A stretch of 59,818 nucleotides of DNA, filler included, from Diploschistes diacapsis (taxonomy: Eukaryota): NCBI GenBank assembly GCA_023645945.1. It is 6 parts of 6 records of this genome, joined end to end, with 100 filler letters (N's around TTAATTAATTAA, not from the genome) between each part and the next. Parts side by side here need not be neighbours in the genome. Positions count along the whole stretch, not along the records: positions 1 to 28,699 come from JALAIB010000143.1; 5 more parts are not named here. One strand, 5' to 3'. The notes under the pieces were generated by a model that saw only the letters and a list, made by a program, of their open reading frames with translations, was not told the DNA's origin and did no database searches. The position numbers were made by a program, and so were the translations under genes. Numbering within the stretch: the stretch's first letter is position 1; every line of letters begins with the position of its first letter. Positions 1 through 13,684 of the stretch are shown piece after piece.

Positions 1-50
1 ATTAAGAAGACTTATTTTTAATATATTATTAATATAAAATAGTTCGAATA

Positions 51-311
51 GATTAACCCGAGCTTATAATTTATATAATAATATAATAAATATATTAAAA
101 TCTAAAAATTTTATTTTATAAAGATATTCTATTACGTAAACTTTTATATCTTACGAAATCCGTTAAATCTTATTATTAATATTAATACCGATCGATTTAA
201 TTAGAGTTTTAGAAGATTCAGCTGAACTGAACCTCGGAATTTAGCTAAACTGAACCCCCGACTGGAACTCAGTCGAACTCCCAGCCATGCCTTCTGCCTG
301 TCTGCTCAACA
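51..311 (+). repeat. Direct repeat copy 1 (LTR-like, ends ...ctgctcaaca)
   Basis: Aligns by eye with 893-1130. Differences are mostly C>T and G>A, plus an extra ~23 bp internal duplication of the cagctgaactgaacc unit. Confidence 0.8.
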
Positions 312-892
312 ATATCCATTACGATATTCAACAGATAGCTTAATTTAGGTGCCTGTCAAGCCACGGTAGGGTCATATAACGGTAGGGTTATATAACGGCG
401 CGTAGACGGGTAATAACCGAAATCCTATAGGACTGGTACTCACACTATTTATTTATGCCACCCTCCTACTTAAATAGTTTCTTCTTTAGCTTTTCGAATC
501 GAGACCTTTTACCTGCAGATACCCAGTTACACGTAATCCTTCCGGATCAGGCTCAGCCCCCGGTAGTGTAGCATCCTTTCCTGCGCTGGCGTTTCACGTT
601 TTTTAAATAAGATGTCATTTATATCGTTGCTGTTTTTAAAGATAAATAAATAACTTATAATTAATACTTTAATAATAATATAAAAAATAATCCTCTACGA
701 TAAAAATAAAAATAATCGAATAAATTTAACAACGATTCAATTAAACTTCGATAATTATCGAGAAATCGATTAAATTCAACGGTGTTTCGGCTGAGCTTCG
801 ACGATTAATAAAAGATCGAATAGGTCCAATAACGAGGATAGCGGTTCAACTGGATTTCGAAGGTTGACAAGAGGTCGATGGGGTTCAGCGTC

Positions 893-1130
893 GGTTAATC
901 CGGGTTCATAACCTGTTTAGCAACGTAATGGATATATTAAAGTCTAAAGATCTTAATCTATAAAGATATCCTATTACGTAAACTTTTATACCCTACGAGA
1001 TCCGTTAAACTTTATTATCCACATTATTCCCGATCGGTCTAATCAGAGTTCTAAAAAATTCAGCTGAACTGAACCTCTGACTGGAACTCAGTCGAACTCC
1101 CTGCCACGCCTTCTGCCTGTCTGCTCAACA
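893..1130 (+). repeat. Direct repeat copy 2 (LTR-like, ends ...ctgctcaaca)
   Basis: Shares tattacgtaaacttttata, actggaactcagtcgaactccc and gccttctgcctgtctgctcaaca with 51-311. Confidence 0.8.
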
Positions 1131-1464
1131 GTCACGTAATATTTAAATTAATTAAACTTTCGTTTATTTAATTTAAACGACGTCGGATATATAACGTTGT
1201 TTATTACAATTTTTATAAATTTTACTATATTTATTTTTATAAGTATCTTTAGTTATTGCTCGAGATTAATTTATATTCGTTATTTCTATTATCTAGAACC
1301 TTCTTTCAGAAAATAGTACAGACCTGTAACTGTTCTATTTCTTCTTCCTGCCTACACTCCTCTTCTATACGAGACCAAACCCACCTTGATCAATACCTCG
1401 TGTCTACCTTGTTGAGATAGAGATCATAACAATACACCGTCTCGTTAACGTATTTCCGCATTCT

Positions 1465-3580
1465 TCACCGATATTCTACCTCTACCACCGGCCCTACATA
1501 TGACTTCCGCGCCCAAACCGCATAGTAAACCACGCTCAACAACACGGCCGCGCCGAGCAGCAAGGAGCTGTAATTCATTGTGGCGGCCGTTACCGGTGTA
1601 GTGGCAGGCCAGCAACAAAAGAACAAGATGACGGCCAGATACGCGCACGCGAACACGTTATTCGCGATCCCCCAGATTCCCGGGATCCGCCAAGGTCCCC
1701 AGACGAGCTGGGCACCCGGCGTGTTGGCGAGGGAGGTAGCATTCACCTCTGTAGGAAGTACTATGGCGCCAGTACACCGGCGCCAGAGGAACAGGACGGT
1801 GGCTATGAGGTAAGAGCTGAAGAGGGCGACGACGGACAGTGAGACGATATCGTTGAAGGCGGTGGACGAGCCGATGTTGATCAGAGCTAAGAGGCAGGAG
1901 ATGATGGTCGTAAGGGCGATGGCAGGGATAGGGATCAAGGTGCGGGGATCCAGCTGTGCCATTTCAGTAAGCAGATCATCCTCTTGAACCGAGAAGGGGG
2001 GTGGGGGGGGCCGTCTGGAGGAATCCGAGGCTGCGTGAACTCACCTTTTGGAAAAGGAACCAGCCAGGTATGGCACGATCTCGGGCAAAGGACCATAGCA
2101 TGCGGGAGGCTGAGGCGAGGGCGCCGACTGTAGCGCAAATTGCGAGGATGATGATGATTGCTGTCATGAGGGCGGCGCCGGTCGTGGACTGGACTGCTTG
2201 TTGGAAGATCTCGATGAAGGGGTAGCCGGTTGGGGTTGTGAGCGCAGATTCAATGTCGCCCAGACAGAACAAAAGTGCAACCAGCATGGCAAAGCCTAGG
2301 ATTCCGTTGATTAAAATTGCGGTGAGGATAGAGCGGGGGACGACTATTGGTGCGTTGCGGATTTCTTCAGACATCTGTTGGTGAGGTAAGTATTCGAACA
2401 CCGCAGCTCGATTTGGAAATCATACGTGAATTGCACCGTCAGCACCTGGCGCTCGGTCAGCCACACTAAACTGTAAAAGAGATTTCTCGAACTACTGACC
2501 AAAGAAAGCAAAAACGTTGCCTAGAAGGCCCACAAAGAAAGACACCCCTTGCGTAGGCCATCCTCCGCCGTTAATAAAGGTAGTAAACACATCTGATGCA
2601 GTATCGTGAGGGCCAAGAACAACCAAGGGAACCATAATAGCAAAAAAACCAGTAATATGTAATATCAGGATTAGGCCTTCGAACTTTGGAAGTAGGCTGC
2701 TGACTACCGAGTTGATCAACACGGCGAAAATAACTACCGCCCAGAAGAGCAGCGTGCCGTGCCACGATGCAAAACTGTACGATGGGTCTACCATGACAAT
2801 TAAGCCTTGAATCATGGTACCGCCGAGAAAGCCGCCCGAGGCTACGACAGCTTGCCAGCCGCTGACGGTAAGCCAACCTAAAAGCACTCGATTAGATGCC
2901 AGCGCGAGAAGTATTTGAGACTGTCGAGAAACTCGTACCAGTGATATAACTGAGAAACCTTTGGCAGGAAGAGGGAGCGAGCATTGCAACCCAGTGGTAT
3001 TGCCCGCCTGATATAGGTGCCCTACGCGTCGTGAACACTTCAATCCTCGAAATATAAGCTTGGAGCGACCGAACGTACATGGAAGTGAGCTCGGACAGTG
3101 TAGCGAAGACGGAGAATGTGCCAATCCAAACCAGAAGGAATCCGTATATTACTCCTGCAGGCCCTCCGCTAGAAGCGCGTAAGCAAAGCGGACTGGATTG
3201 GCATCCTCTTACGTACTTGTTGAAACCGCTTGCGAAAAGGCTTATTCCGTGATTAGCAATTCAAACACAGAACAAGGACATAGCAAGGCATACAATAATG
3301 CGCCCTCCCAGGTAATCAAAATGGTACATGAAAAGCCTAGGATGGACATGAAGCCAAAGTTGCGCTTTCGCACAGATCAGAACGCTGTATACATTTGGGG
3401 ATTGGAAGAGGCACGAGCCTTGAGCACAGTCTTCTTCCCCATTCGAGATAAGGCTCCGTGGTCGCTGAGAGAGGCACCATGCTCTGTCTCAATCGTCATG
3501 GAAGCAATGTGCTTCCCAGTTTGATCATCATCCTGAGTGTATGCCCCTCGCTCGGAGCCTGTTTCTGACGTTTTCGACAT
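1465..3580 (-). CDS. Amino acid/choline/GABA permease (APC superfamily, Hnm1/Uga4-like), multi-exon
   Basis: Spliced exons give LKRNFGFMSILGFSCTILITWEG, GGPAGVIYGF, ELTSMAPISGGQYHWV, MSEEIRNA, SRMLWSFARD and MNYSS. Stop at 1465-1467. Confidence 0.9.
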
Positions 3581-4574
3581 TTTTGCGAAGGCACAGGTTT
3601 TGAAGACACGCAAGGGAGGGATACAAGCATGAAAACTGACTGTTTTTATATTTTGCAGGGCCGTAGAAAGGGAGAGAACTAGAGGACGAAAGAAAACAAA
3701 ACGCAGGATAGATGGCGAGGGATGAACTTCCTCTGCGGGAAAAAGAAAATTAGTTTTAACAGCCTCATTCGCCTAGGAACGAATACGGAAGCCAGATTTT
3801 TGATATGAAGGCATCCAGGCACTTATCATGAAACGTGCTAAAGAAAACGCAAACGACTTCTGCTTAGCCCTGCTAATGCTGCCGATAACGATGAGGGGAA
3901 GCCCGCAGTGGCATGAACTTAGCTAATAATAATGGTAGGAAGGAAACTTCCATGCATTTCAGTGGATATTCAGCTTAGTAAGCACCATAGATTGTGGAAC
4001 ATCAAATTCATGAGTATTTGTTTAATAACTAGCCGCTTGGGGCTAGGTTAGGATGGAAGAATACTCTAACTAACACTTGCTGGATTTTGAGCCGAATGGA
4101 ATGTTTCTCCAAAAATTCCCCTCTCAATTGGCGAGATTTTTACCCCAACGTTGTTGTGGCTTTGGATCAGCACACCACCGCGCATGAAAGAAGACGGAGT
4201 GTAGTGGCAAGAGGAAGCGGCCTATGGTACTGGAAGCAGCAAGTAATATTATCAGCTCAGCTCTATGCCCGGTTGATCCCCTTCCAAGTCTCCCATCTCG
4301 CCGAACCGTGCGTTTTACTTGCAAACTCCTCTCCCCTCCTCTCCCATGCCTGTTTGCTGCCATGCCAGTGGGCGCGGTGCTGCATTTTTCCTTCTTGGCA
4401 TTACATTAAAGTGGGGGTTTCTGTGCATCATAACCCACTTAATATACATTGTTCTACAGCCGTAACAATCATCGCAATGTGTGAGGACACACAATCTATC
4501 GTAGAAACATGGTTAACCGTTATCCATCGCTTGAATCAAACCCCCAGCCTCAACGGTCCATGATCGGGTCTGCC

Positions 4575-5856
4575 TTATATCTCCCTCACAGTCACTGATT
4601 GCGATGCGTTCATGTCTGCTTTCCCAAACGCTGTGCTAGCAACAGTGCTTGTGCCATGATCAAGCTCAATGTTTGTGCCGGTCCTTGACGTGCCACCGAA
4701 ATTCCAGCTCAGAAACTTGTTTCTTCGGGAGCCGGACGGGCCATTGGCGTGCTGCTTGGACGAATTCCCAGTGCGAGATCCGTAGTTTGCGGCTGTCTCA
4801 CCTCTCCGTCGAACATCATCCACGCGCATGAATCCAGACTCCAGGCTGTCGAGGAATGGTCCCAGATACACCATGCACGTGCTCACAACGATCAAGCAAA
4901 CAATACACTGCTCGCAAAGAACAACGGGCCAGTAGTCGAAGGAAGGATCGTCTGGAGTGGTAATCTGGTTCGAGTACACTAATTGGCAGATGATGGCAAT
5001 TATGGCCCTGCAACGGGTCAGTATTTGGCGCTTGTCCGAGATGGTTTCCGAATGCCTACGGTACACGGCCAAAGAATGTCGAAATGACCTTGATCTTTCT
5101 TTTATTCGACAGTTGCAAGCCAGCAACAATCCAACACGGAAGTGCTATCAGACATACTTCGGTCAGAAGATTGATGACGGAGAAATAATTATCCGCCACA
5201 TTCTTTGAATATATTCTAGGTCAGTTTTAACCCCAAGGAATCAAGAACTTTGCAGCACGTACCCAATCAAGGCAAATGTTACCAGACCGCCTCCATGGAT
5301 CCGGCAAACGACATGGGATAGCATAGAGAAAGATCGAGACCACGGCCCACAATCCTATCAAAACACCAACCCCTCTGGTTGTCCACTTATGCCATTTCAC
5401 TGGTGACAGGGAGTGCAGAATGAGAAGCAGGGCTAGTTTGGCGAAAGAAAGAGCGACAATCAGAAGCAATTTTGCTGCGTATTGAGCCTGCCACACGTGA
5501 GGAAAGGTTCAACGCCATCTCCGCAATAGCGTACCTTCTGTTGCGTGTCAACCTGCTCCGCGCTTAGAGTATTCTGATGCTGACCTAAGCCATTGGCCAC
5601 CTCAACCAACACGGTCACCGACTGTGCGATCGAAAAAAGCTAGATCCATGAGTCTCCAATTTCTGGTTAGGGACTCTGATGGCGAACAGACCATGCTGAT
5701 GAGAATGAAAACATCATCAAATGTTATCTTCCGAATGACCCATACTTTGATGGCCTCCCGACCACATACCGAGACTACCGTGAGTGCAAGCAGAAGCCAA
5801 TCCAAAACTTCGATCAAAGGGCCTCGATTCGAGTCCGTGATGACCAAACGAGACAT
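4575..5856 (-). CDS. PTH11-like / fungal rhodopsin-family integral membrane protein, multi-exon
   Basis: Motifs DDVFILIS, NGLGQH, YAAKLLLIVALSFAKL, CRLPDPW, LIALP and YLGPFLDSLESG. Several hydrophobic segments; the introns splice in frame. Confidence 0.75.
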
Positions 5857-6528
5857 GACACCGGTGTAAGAGGCGGCCAACAGCTTCAACGGAGTAGATA
5901 ATCAAGTAATCAAAAATGGAGTAACTTGTCTTGCTAAGAGCGAAAGAGCTGAGTAAAGAAAAGGCTGGAGAAAGAAAAGAAGTAGGGGCCCACACACCTC
6001 GCATTAACGCCAGCCTGCCTGACTTTACTTTGTAAAAAAACGCAGCGTTTATAGTGTCCGAGGGGTTGCATTTTTCGATTCAAGCTTTCGCAATCCCGCA
6101 ATCCCGCAATAACTCGTGACCATCAATATCCACCTCGCAGCCCTGTCGATGCTGCGGCCCTTCTATGCCTACCTAAGGAAGCAATGCTACATATGGGCTC
6201 TCACTACGTTCGTTTGTGGAGTAGCCAATCAACAGTCTCTCCATCTTAGTCCTGTCGCTAATCAATAACGTATGTCCGAGGCCCTTGCCTGAATCCGTAA
6301 TCACATTTTGTATTAGAGCGCTTCGAAATCTCACATGATCGCGTAAAGGGCGGCAGCTGCCGGACAGATCCATGCCTATCGCTGCGAAACAGCCCTAGAC
6401 ACCGCTGATGGTGTGGTTAAGATAGGCAGCAGATGCTCACTATAGATATGAATCGAAGGCAGGTGGCTCTCCAAATGAATAGAGCGGCTGTATTCGTAGA
6501 CCGGGGTTGGTGCCAAAGCTAATAGAAG

Positions 6529-8130
6529 ATGTCTGACGAAAAGCAACACGATGTAGAACTTGCTGTCTGCGAGGAGACAAAAGAGAATCAAGATCCAAAA
6601 TTGGTATGCTGAACCTTCTTGTCTCTCTTCATACTCCTCTCCTCTTGCTAACCATGAATAGGTAACGTGGGATGGCCTCAATGATTCAGACAATCCCAAA
6701 AACTGGCCCAAAAAGAAAAAATGGACCATGACCCTTATTGTATCCAGCTTCTCGATCTTGTCGCCATTCTCGTGCACGACCATAGCCCCCGCACAAAATG
6801 TTATATCGCAAGAGCTTGGCATAACGGATCCCATCATCGCAGAAATCGCACTGAGTATCTTTATCCTGGGCATGGGCTTCGGGCCCATCATCCTCGGTCC
6901 TCTGTCCGAAGTGTACGGCAGGTACCCCATTCTCATAGCTGGCAATCTGTTCTTCCTCGCCTGGAATATGGGCTGCGGGTTCGCCGCGACCGAGGTGCAG
7001 TTGATCGTCTGCCGCCTGTTTACCGGACTAGGATCGAGCGCGGCGATAGCAATCTCATCGGGCCTAAGCAGCGACATATGGCGACCAGAAGAAAGGGCCA
7101 CGGTTATGGCGATTGCGAATTTGGGGCCTCTGATAGGACCAGCTCTGGGCCCGGTCGCAGGAGGCTATATAACGCAAAACTTCTCGTGGCGCTGGATCCT
7201 GTGGGGCGTGACCGTCTTGAACGTTCCAATTTTAATTATAGGAGTCTTGTGTCTCAAGGAGACCTATGCGCCCAAGCTATTGCTTGCTAAAGCAGAGAGA
7301 TTGAGAAAGGCGACCGGTGACCATAGTCTCTATACGGAGCACGATGAACTCAGACAAGGCCTTGCGAAGCGCCTGTCGACGAATCTCATCCGCCCTGTCC
7401 GCATGATCCTGACCCAGTCCATTATCCAGATCCTCTGCCTGTATTATACCGTTCTCTATGGGACTATGTTTATTATGATTTTTATGTATCCAAACCTCTG
7501 GACAGATGTCTACCTCCAATCCGTCAGTACCGGTGGTTTGAATTATATTTCAATGGCCGTTGGCTTCACCTTCGGTGCTCAGAGTAAGACCAGCACCTTC
7601 CCTCCCCCGCCGCGCGGTCTCTACCGAAACCGAAAAAGCACGGCTAATAGTTTCCAGTCGCTGGCCCCTTGAGCGACCGCATCTATGCGCGCCTCAAAGC
7701 GCGCTCCGGAGGCGAGCACATGGCCGAGTACCGCACGCCGCTGATGATACCGGGCTCCCTCTTCGCTACGGTCGGGCTGCTGATCTACGGCTGGACGGGC
7801 CAGTATGCGGTACACTGGATCGTGCCCAACATCGGCGACGTGCTCTTCATCGCGGGCTGCATTGTCTGTTCACAGAGCATTCTGACCTACACCATCGACG
7901 CGTACATGCGTTACGCCGCCAGCGCCATCTCGACGCTCAACCTGGTCCGCAGCATCGCGGGCTTCATCTTCCCGCTGTTTGCGCCCTACATGTACGACAG
8001 GCTGGGGTGGGGGTGGAGCAGCACGATACTGGCGCTGCTCATTGGTGTCGTCGGCCTGTCGACGCCCTGTTTGCTGTGGAATCATGGGAAGCAGCTGCGG
8101 GCGCGGAGCACGTATGCAGCAGGAGCCTGA
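6529..8130 (+). CDS. MFS multidrug transporter (DHA1-type)
   Basis: VTWDGLNDSDNPKNWP, GPLSEVYGRYP, GPALGPVAGG, WRW, ETYAP and YAASA motifs. Introns at ~6604-6661 and ~7584-7657 join the ORFs in frame. Confidence 0.92.
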
Positions 8131-8775
8131 CGTGGGTTCTTGGCGCTGTCTTGGCGCACAGAACAGATATTTGACCCGCAGAACCACCGCAGGAGCATGT
8201 AAGCGAAGTTCTCCCCCCACCGGGAATTCCCGCATCGGATGCAATGCTGGGCTTCCCTAGCGCAAATTGCACGGCAGTAACATCGCAGGGCGACATCAAA
8301 GCATAAATACCAATAGTACAGGGTAAATGCATTGCAACACAAGGGGTAGTATTGCCGTAGTGGATCAGGGTAGTATGGCCCGTAGTGGATCGGGAAAGTC
8401 CGTTGCAAGTACGTCGTATCCCTGCGCTACTACATTATTGTGCTAAGCGTGGGCGTACATGGTAGTTTCTCGATTCGAAATCACAAAAAGTAGGCAACCG
8501 ACAATCTTTCGTTAACAGCCAGGAAGATGGGGCAGTTAGCAGGATGCGAGTTCAACTGCACGGGCTGTTGGCGTCGATCTCGTTCCAAATGTTTTTCCAG
8601 GGGGGTGATTTGTTTAGGAAGCGATCGCCGCGAGAACGTTCGGTCTGTTCCCAGGACGTGTAACGGTGTAACTTAACGGCAGTTTCGTTATATAAGCAGA
8701 ACCGTGCAGTGACTGTAAGCTGAACAGTTGCGCAAATTGGTAACCCTTCTTTAAAAACATTCGTCAAAAGAAAAA

Positions 8776-9581
8776 ATGCCATTCGAACTCCACCCGGTCG
8801 ACGAAACTGACTTCCCGGAGGTCATCCGCTGTATGTGGGAGACGTACGAGAATCCTGTGCAGGACTTGTATCGACTCTTTTGCCCTCTGAACGAAGTCGG
8901 CGCAACGGACCACGAATCGGCTATTAAGCAGTCCACGTCGAGATTTTGGCAGTGGCACGTTTCCGACCCAACAAGTTACTGGCAGAAGGTAGTCGATACC
9001 GATGCAGGTAGCAAAATAGTCGGCGCCGCTCTCTGGAAAATCAACACCAAGAATCCGTACGAGAAAATCGTGCACCATCCGGCGTACTGGCACCCCGAGG
9101 GGGGACAGAGAGAGTTCGCGAGCCAGGCGCTGTGGCAGCACGATGCGGTCAGGGAGCGGTGGGCTCAGAGACCGCATATCTGTCGGTTTTTCTTATTCAT
9201 TACACCTGGCTGCAGCAGCACCGAAAGCCAAATGCTGGATGCTAACTCAAACACACACCAGACCTCGGCATCATTTACATGCATCCATCGCGCCAGCGGC
9301 AGGGGGGGGGCAAGAAGATCCTGGAGTGGGGAATTGCGAAGGCGACGGAGATGGGGGTAGAGATGTGGCTTGACGGCTGGCAGTACGGGCGTCCTGTGTA
9401 TGAGAGGTTTGGGTTTACCACCGTCGACCACCATAGGCTGAAGCCCGAGACCGAGAATCCCGATGAGGCGTGGAAGGCTTGCGAGAGAGAATGGACGGAC
9501 TTGGATGAGTGGGTTATGTGGCGTCCTAAAGACGGCCCTTATGTTGAAGGCAAATCCGTGCGTCCGTGGCAGGAGACTTGA
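8776..9581 (+). CDS. GNAT-family N-acetyltransferase
   Basis: KVVDTDAGSKIVGAALW; after one intron, HPSRQRQGGG (acetyl-CoA binding motif A) and GRPVYERFGF. Confidence 0.85.
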
Positions 9582-11901
9582 GCGTGCGCGGGAGCTCGCA
9601 GGTGCATTGACGTTACCTTACATGGGAGCTGGCTAAGGACTGTTTAGACCAATCATACGATGTACCCCCTAAAATAAATATTAACGATGATTAGTGCGCG
9701 TAGAGGGCCATTTTATGTGGAGCCTTTTTTCGTATGGCACCATACTAATCAGCGCTAACCTTTATCCCCGGGGATACTTTGTACTGAAAGGTGGGGTAGT
9801 ATATGGTTGCAATAAACCAATAGAGCAACCTGAAGCTCCTTTGTCTTACTTTGTGTAACAGCGACAGCTAGATCCAGAAGGTGTCATTCGTTACTTAGAT
9901 GCAGACCGTTTCTTGGCCCAATCTTGGGGTTGTGCCTTTGCCAGTGCTTTGATCTGTACTCATGGACACCGAGTAACTAACAAACAGATCATCACTGAGA
10001 AGCCCCCGTTTCAAAGCGGAACATACCAAGGAAAATTTTATTAAACGACCAACTAGTCGAGCAGAGGAATGATAGATATGTCTGGCTAGAGTATATAGTG
10101 CAAGATCTCTCGCTTGCGTAGAGTCAGCGTTATCAAACAGCACGGATGTTGATGACTAAAACGCTCGTTTAATCCAGGGCCATCACCTTCTCCGCATAAA
10201 TGCTAAGCTCTATTCGGCGACAACGCTAGTGTCAAACATTTGGGATTTTAGAACGATTGGACTCAGGGACAATGCTGCCGAGCCGATTGACTTGCATATC
10301 TAGGCCGACTTTGCTGCGCAAACATGCCATGGAGCGGAAGCCCACCTGGGGTTGCTTTTTTATTCGGTGCCAGGTGCCAGGTGCCAGTGCCACGAGCCTT
10401 CACCCCAACCCCGGTTGACTTTTCGGTTCTTTTCTTGCAGTCAAGTCAAGTCAAGTCTTGGCTTTCGTGGGAGTGAGTACATGGTTGGCTGCAAGATTAA
10501 CCGAGTCTACGAGAACTATGAGCGGGGCTCGCCAGACAGCCTTCCCAGGCCAAACTCATTTGAGCTTTCGAAGCTTTGAACATCCCATCATGGCCCCAAC
10601 CAAAGCGCCCATTGATAGAAGGTTCCGCTATATTCGATACAAATATTGTTGGGGCGAAAAATAAAAATTGCTCTGAACTATGTATGCCCAGACACCATTT
10701 AGCTCGATACAATGGCGTTATCGACAATCGATCTGAACCCCAAAAATACTTTACACTGGCATGTCCACGAAGGGACCCTCCCGGGCAGGGTGTGTGCAAG
10801 CTATTCGATGACCTGCTTGCTGCACCGAGAGAAACTGGGTTCAATTGTGACCTGCCTTTGGTGCTACAAGACTATCTCTTTGCGCAGTGTTCTTCTGAGA
10901 CATGGAATTGGTAAGTGATAGAAGCATTGGATTCGAGTACATGCAAGTATCTATGTGCAGATAATTGCTGCCTCCTGCATAACCCCTACTATTCACCTCG
11001 GTCTCGCCCCCGCCCCCCAGGTCCCCACTATGTGCTCCTCACACCACCACCGGATGACTTTTTGGATCAGGCCAGCTAGCCTGCATGAATTTATTAGCTA
11101 ACATGGCGAGCCTGCAGCACAAAAAAGACACTGCAATACGTACCGTCGAACATCATGCTCTGGACATTGCACTGCTGGTGAGTGGGAACAATCTCGGCCT
11201 CGGTCGTCTTCATGGGCTGATAGACTATCGTGAGGGCTTTCCAGGGCTGCTCGCGCTTGTCCTCTTGCATGGCCTTCATGACCGAGTCGATGTACATGGG
11301 ACTGGAGCCAGGCATGTTGCTGAATTGATTTGTTTGAATGGGTGCTTTATAAGAAGATTGTTTGGGCTTGGAGACTATTGTGCTGTAGATGGACGGGAAA
11401 GACAGTTTGTCTGAGATGGGATACGAGCAGGTATTTATAGACAATAGACGTATGGCCCTGTCTTGTCCACGCCCAATCTGCGTAGGGACGGAGAACTATT
11501 TAGACATATTTGACGACGGGATATCTGACAAGTGCAGTAGGGTTGGAAATGCTTGCACAATAGCAGTACTCTGCAAACTACTATTCAATACTTACCCGCG
11601 GCAACGTCCGTCAAGACGGTCCAATCAATCACCTCTGCTCCAAGACCCTACTGAGAAAATCCCAAAAGTCAGATATCGCTTTTCACTCCAAAGGAGCATT
11701 CGTATGGTATGAAAGTAGCTAGCATATCATGTCGGAGATTCTGCAGAGTCGCTTAAGCTACGCCAGGTTGGCCCAGCATCGTTCACGAGACCAGCTGTGA
11801 TGCACCCATTTTGAGGATAGCCATTTCACACATACATATGCAGGAAGTTAAAAGGTGTCAGGGTTATCCTTATCTCCATCTTTTACAAACCACAAGGCAT
11901 T

Positions 11902-13248
11902 ATGAGTTCTCAAAACGAGTTTGCCTCGATCGACTTCCTCAAATGGCAGGACATCTTCGAGCAAGAGAAGCCATTCATGCTCTTTCTCGACATCCCGAAA
12001 GACAGTCCTGACCAGCGCGTGACCAATGTGGACTTTGTCGACCACGAAGTCGCCATACAAGATGTTCGTGGACAAGAATCATCCCTCGATCTGGACACCA
12101 ATGGGTTCAAGGTGGCTTACATTGACCGGACTTCGATTAGCGACGATCCGGACAGAGTCGAGACGCATTATCTGCCTGTTCTCGAGAAGATGCTTCAAGC
12201 AGAAATCCGAGGCGCTGACCGAATCATCTTCTTCGATTGGAGAGTAAGTACCCCCATGTCATTCCCTCCAGCTGCTACCCCATTATGGAGCTTGCAGGGA
12301 CTAACGTCCCGCTTGTAGCGTCGTTTGGCCTCAGAAAGTAACCATTCTAGCCAGCAGCACGACCTCAACGACCATAAAGCACATATGAAGCCCGCCCGCG
12401 CTGCACATGTTGGTATTGACTTCCCCTGTAGAGCGATGCATTAGCCAGGGCAAGTTAAGCTAATAGGCATTTGCAGATCAGTCTCCAGCCGGCGCCTTAA
12501 ATCGTTTGAAGGACTATTTTGATACCGAAGCAGCTAAACGAGCGCTGCGTAACCGGTTCCGTATTATCAAGTAAGTTTCTTCACGCTGCACGCTTAACAT
12601 TATTCGTCCACCTTGATTCTTCAGGCTTTTTTGTCTTTCAAACTTTTTATTGCTTTTCGTTCATTACCAACGCACTCATCTCGAAGGATGTTGAGAGCCA
12701 GCGCCCCTCCCCAAGCCCCCTCCTCTGCATCTTTTTTTTTTCATTAGTTCTTCTCAAGTTTCATGTGAGATACATGCTAATATCCGTAGCATATGGCGCC
12801 CCGTGGGCCATATTGTATATGACTGGCCACTAGCTATCTGTGACGCACGCTCCGTGCCGCCAGAAGGCTTGGTAGAGGTAGATCAGGTACGGCCGGGTCG
12901 TGTCGGCCATTCCATGTTCCTGCAATACAGCCAGGGACTCCGCTGGTCTTATCTGCATCACCAAGAACCCCACGAGGTCTGGCTCTTTAAGCAATTCGAC
13001 TCGGCGGAGAGTATTGAGGCAAGATGTGAGTCGCTGCGTTCCTCATCCCTTTGGTTTTTACTTAGAGCGGGCCATCCACTCTATGAAATTGAGAAAATAG
13101 CTCGTTCTATGAAGCTAATGCCTCACCTGGTACAACTTTAGACTGTCCTCACTCCTCGTTTCGCCACAGCTTCATTCCACCAGGTTCGCCGGAGAGAGCG
13201 AGCATTGAAGTGCGCGCGATGATAATCACGGATCCAGATGCTATGTAG
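11902..13248 (+). CDS. AsaB/CmcJ/NvfI-like (GA4-desaturase family) oxygenase, 5 exons
   Basis: Spliced product contains IQDVRG, LDTNGF, IFFDWR, PARAAHVDQS, IINIWRP, DWPLAICDARS, WLFKQFDS, CPHSSF and RASIEVRA. All introns are GT-AG and keep the frame. Confidence 0.85.
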
Positions 13249-13684
13249 ACAGCGTATGGCTTAGCTGTGTGGCAGTGTTTGAAGTGTCATTTAGGATTAA
13301 TGCTTTATGTGTGGCTGGTTTTCTTCTACGGCAAAATACTGGTGTACATAGGATATTAGGGTAACCCAGCTTCTGCTGGCAAAATGCAATGCAATTCTTC
13401 ATTAGTATTATATTAACTTTGATATTTTTTGAACATTTTTTGAATATTTTTTATTACGTAGTTATTGCTTACGTAAAACAGGTTGACTTCGTCATCTTCA
13501 CCGGTTTCACCAGTTTTTGTGCACTTCCGCAGGTTTTCGCGGTGTTTTGCCACCAAAATCCCTTTCACGAATTTTATATCAGCACACGGGCTTTTATAAT
13601 TTATTAAAAATAAGTAATACGCGCCAGTGGCCTTACACTAGTTACGTTATACCACTAAATCCTTATCTACAACAAGCATAGTGT

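Larger units (their letters stand above)
1..1450. mobile_element. AT-rich, RIP-degenerated transposon/LTR remnant mosaic
   Basis: Very AT- and TpA-rich with no ORFs. Contains two diverged copies of a ~240 bp element, degenerate short tandem units at ~700-890, and LTR-like starts (tgtcaag at ~354; gtcacg at 1131). Confidence 0.7.
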
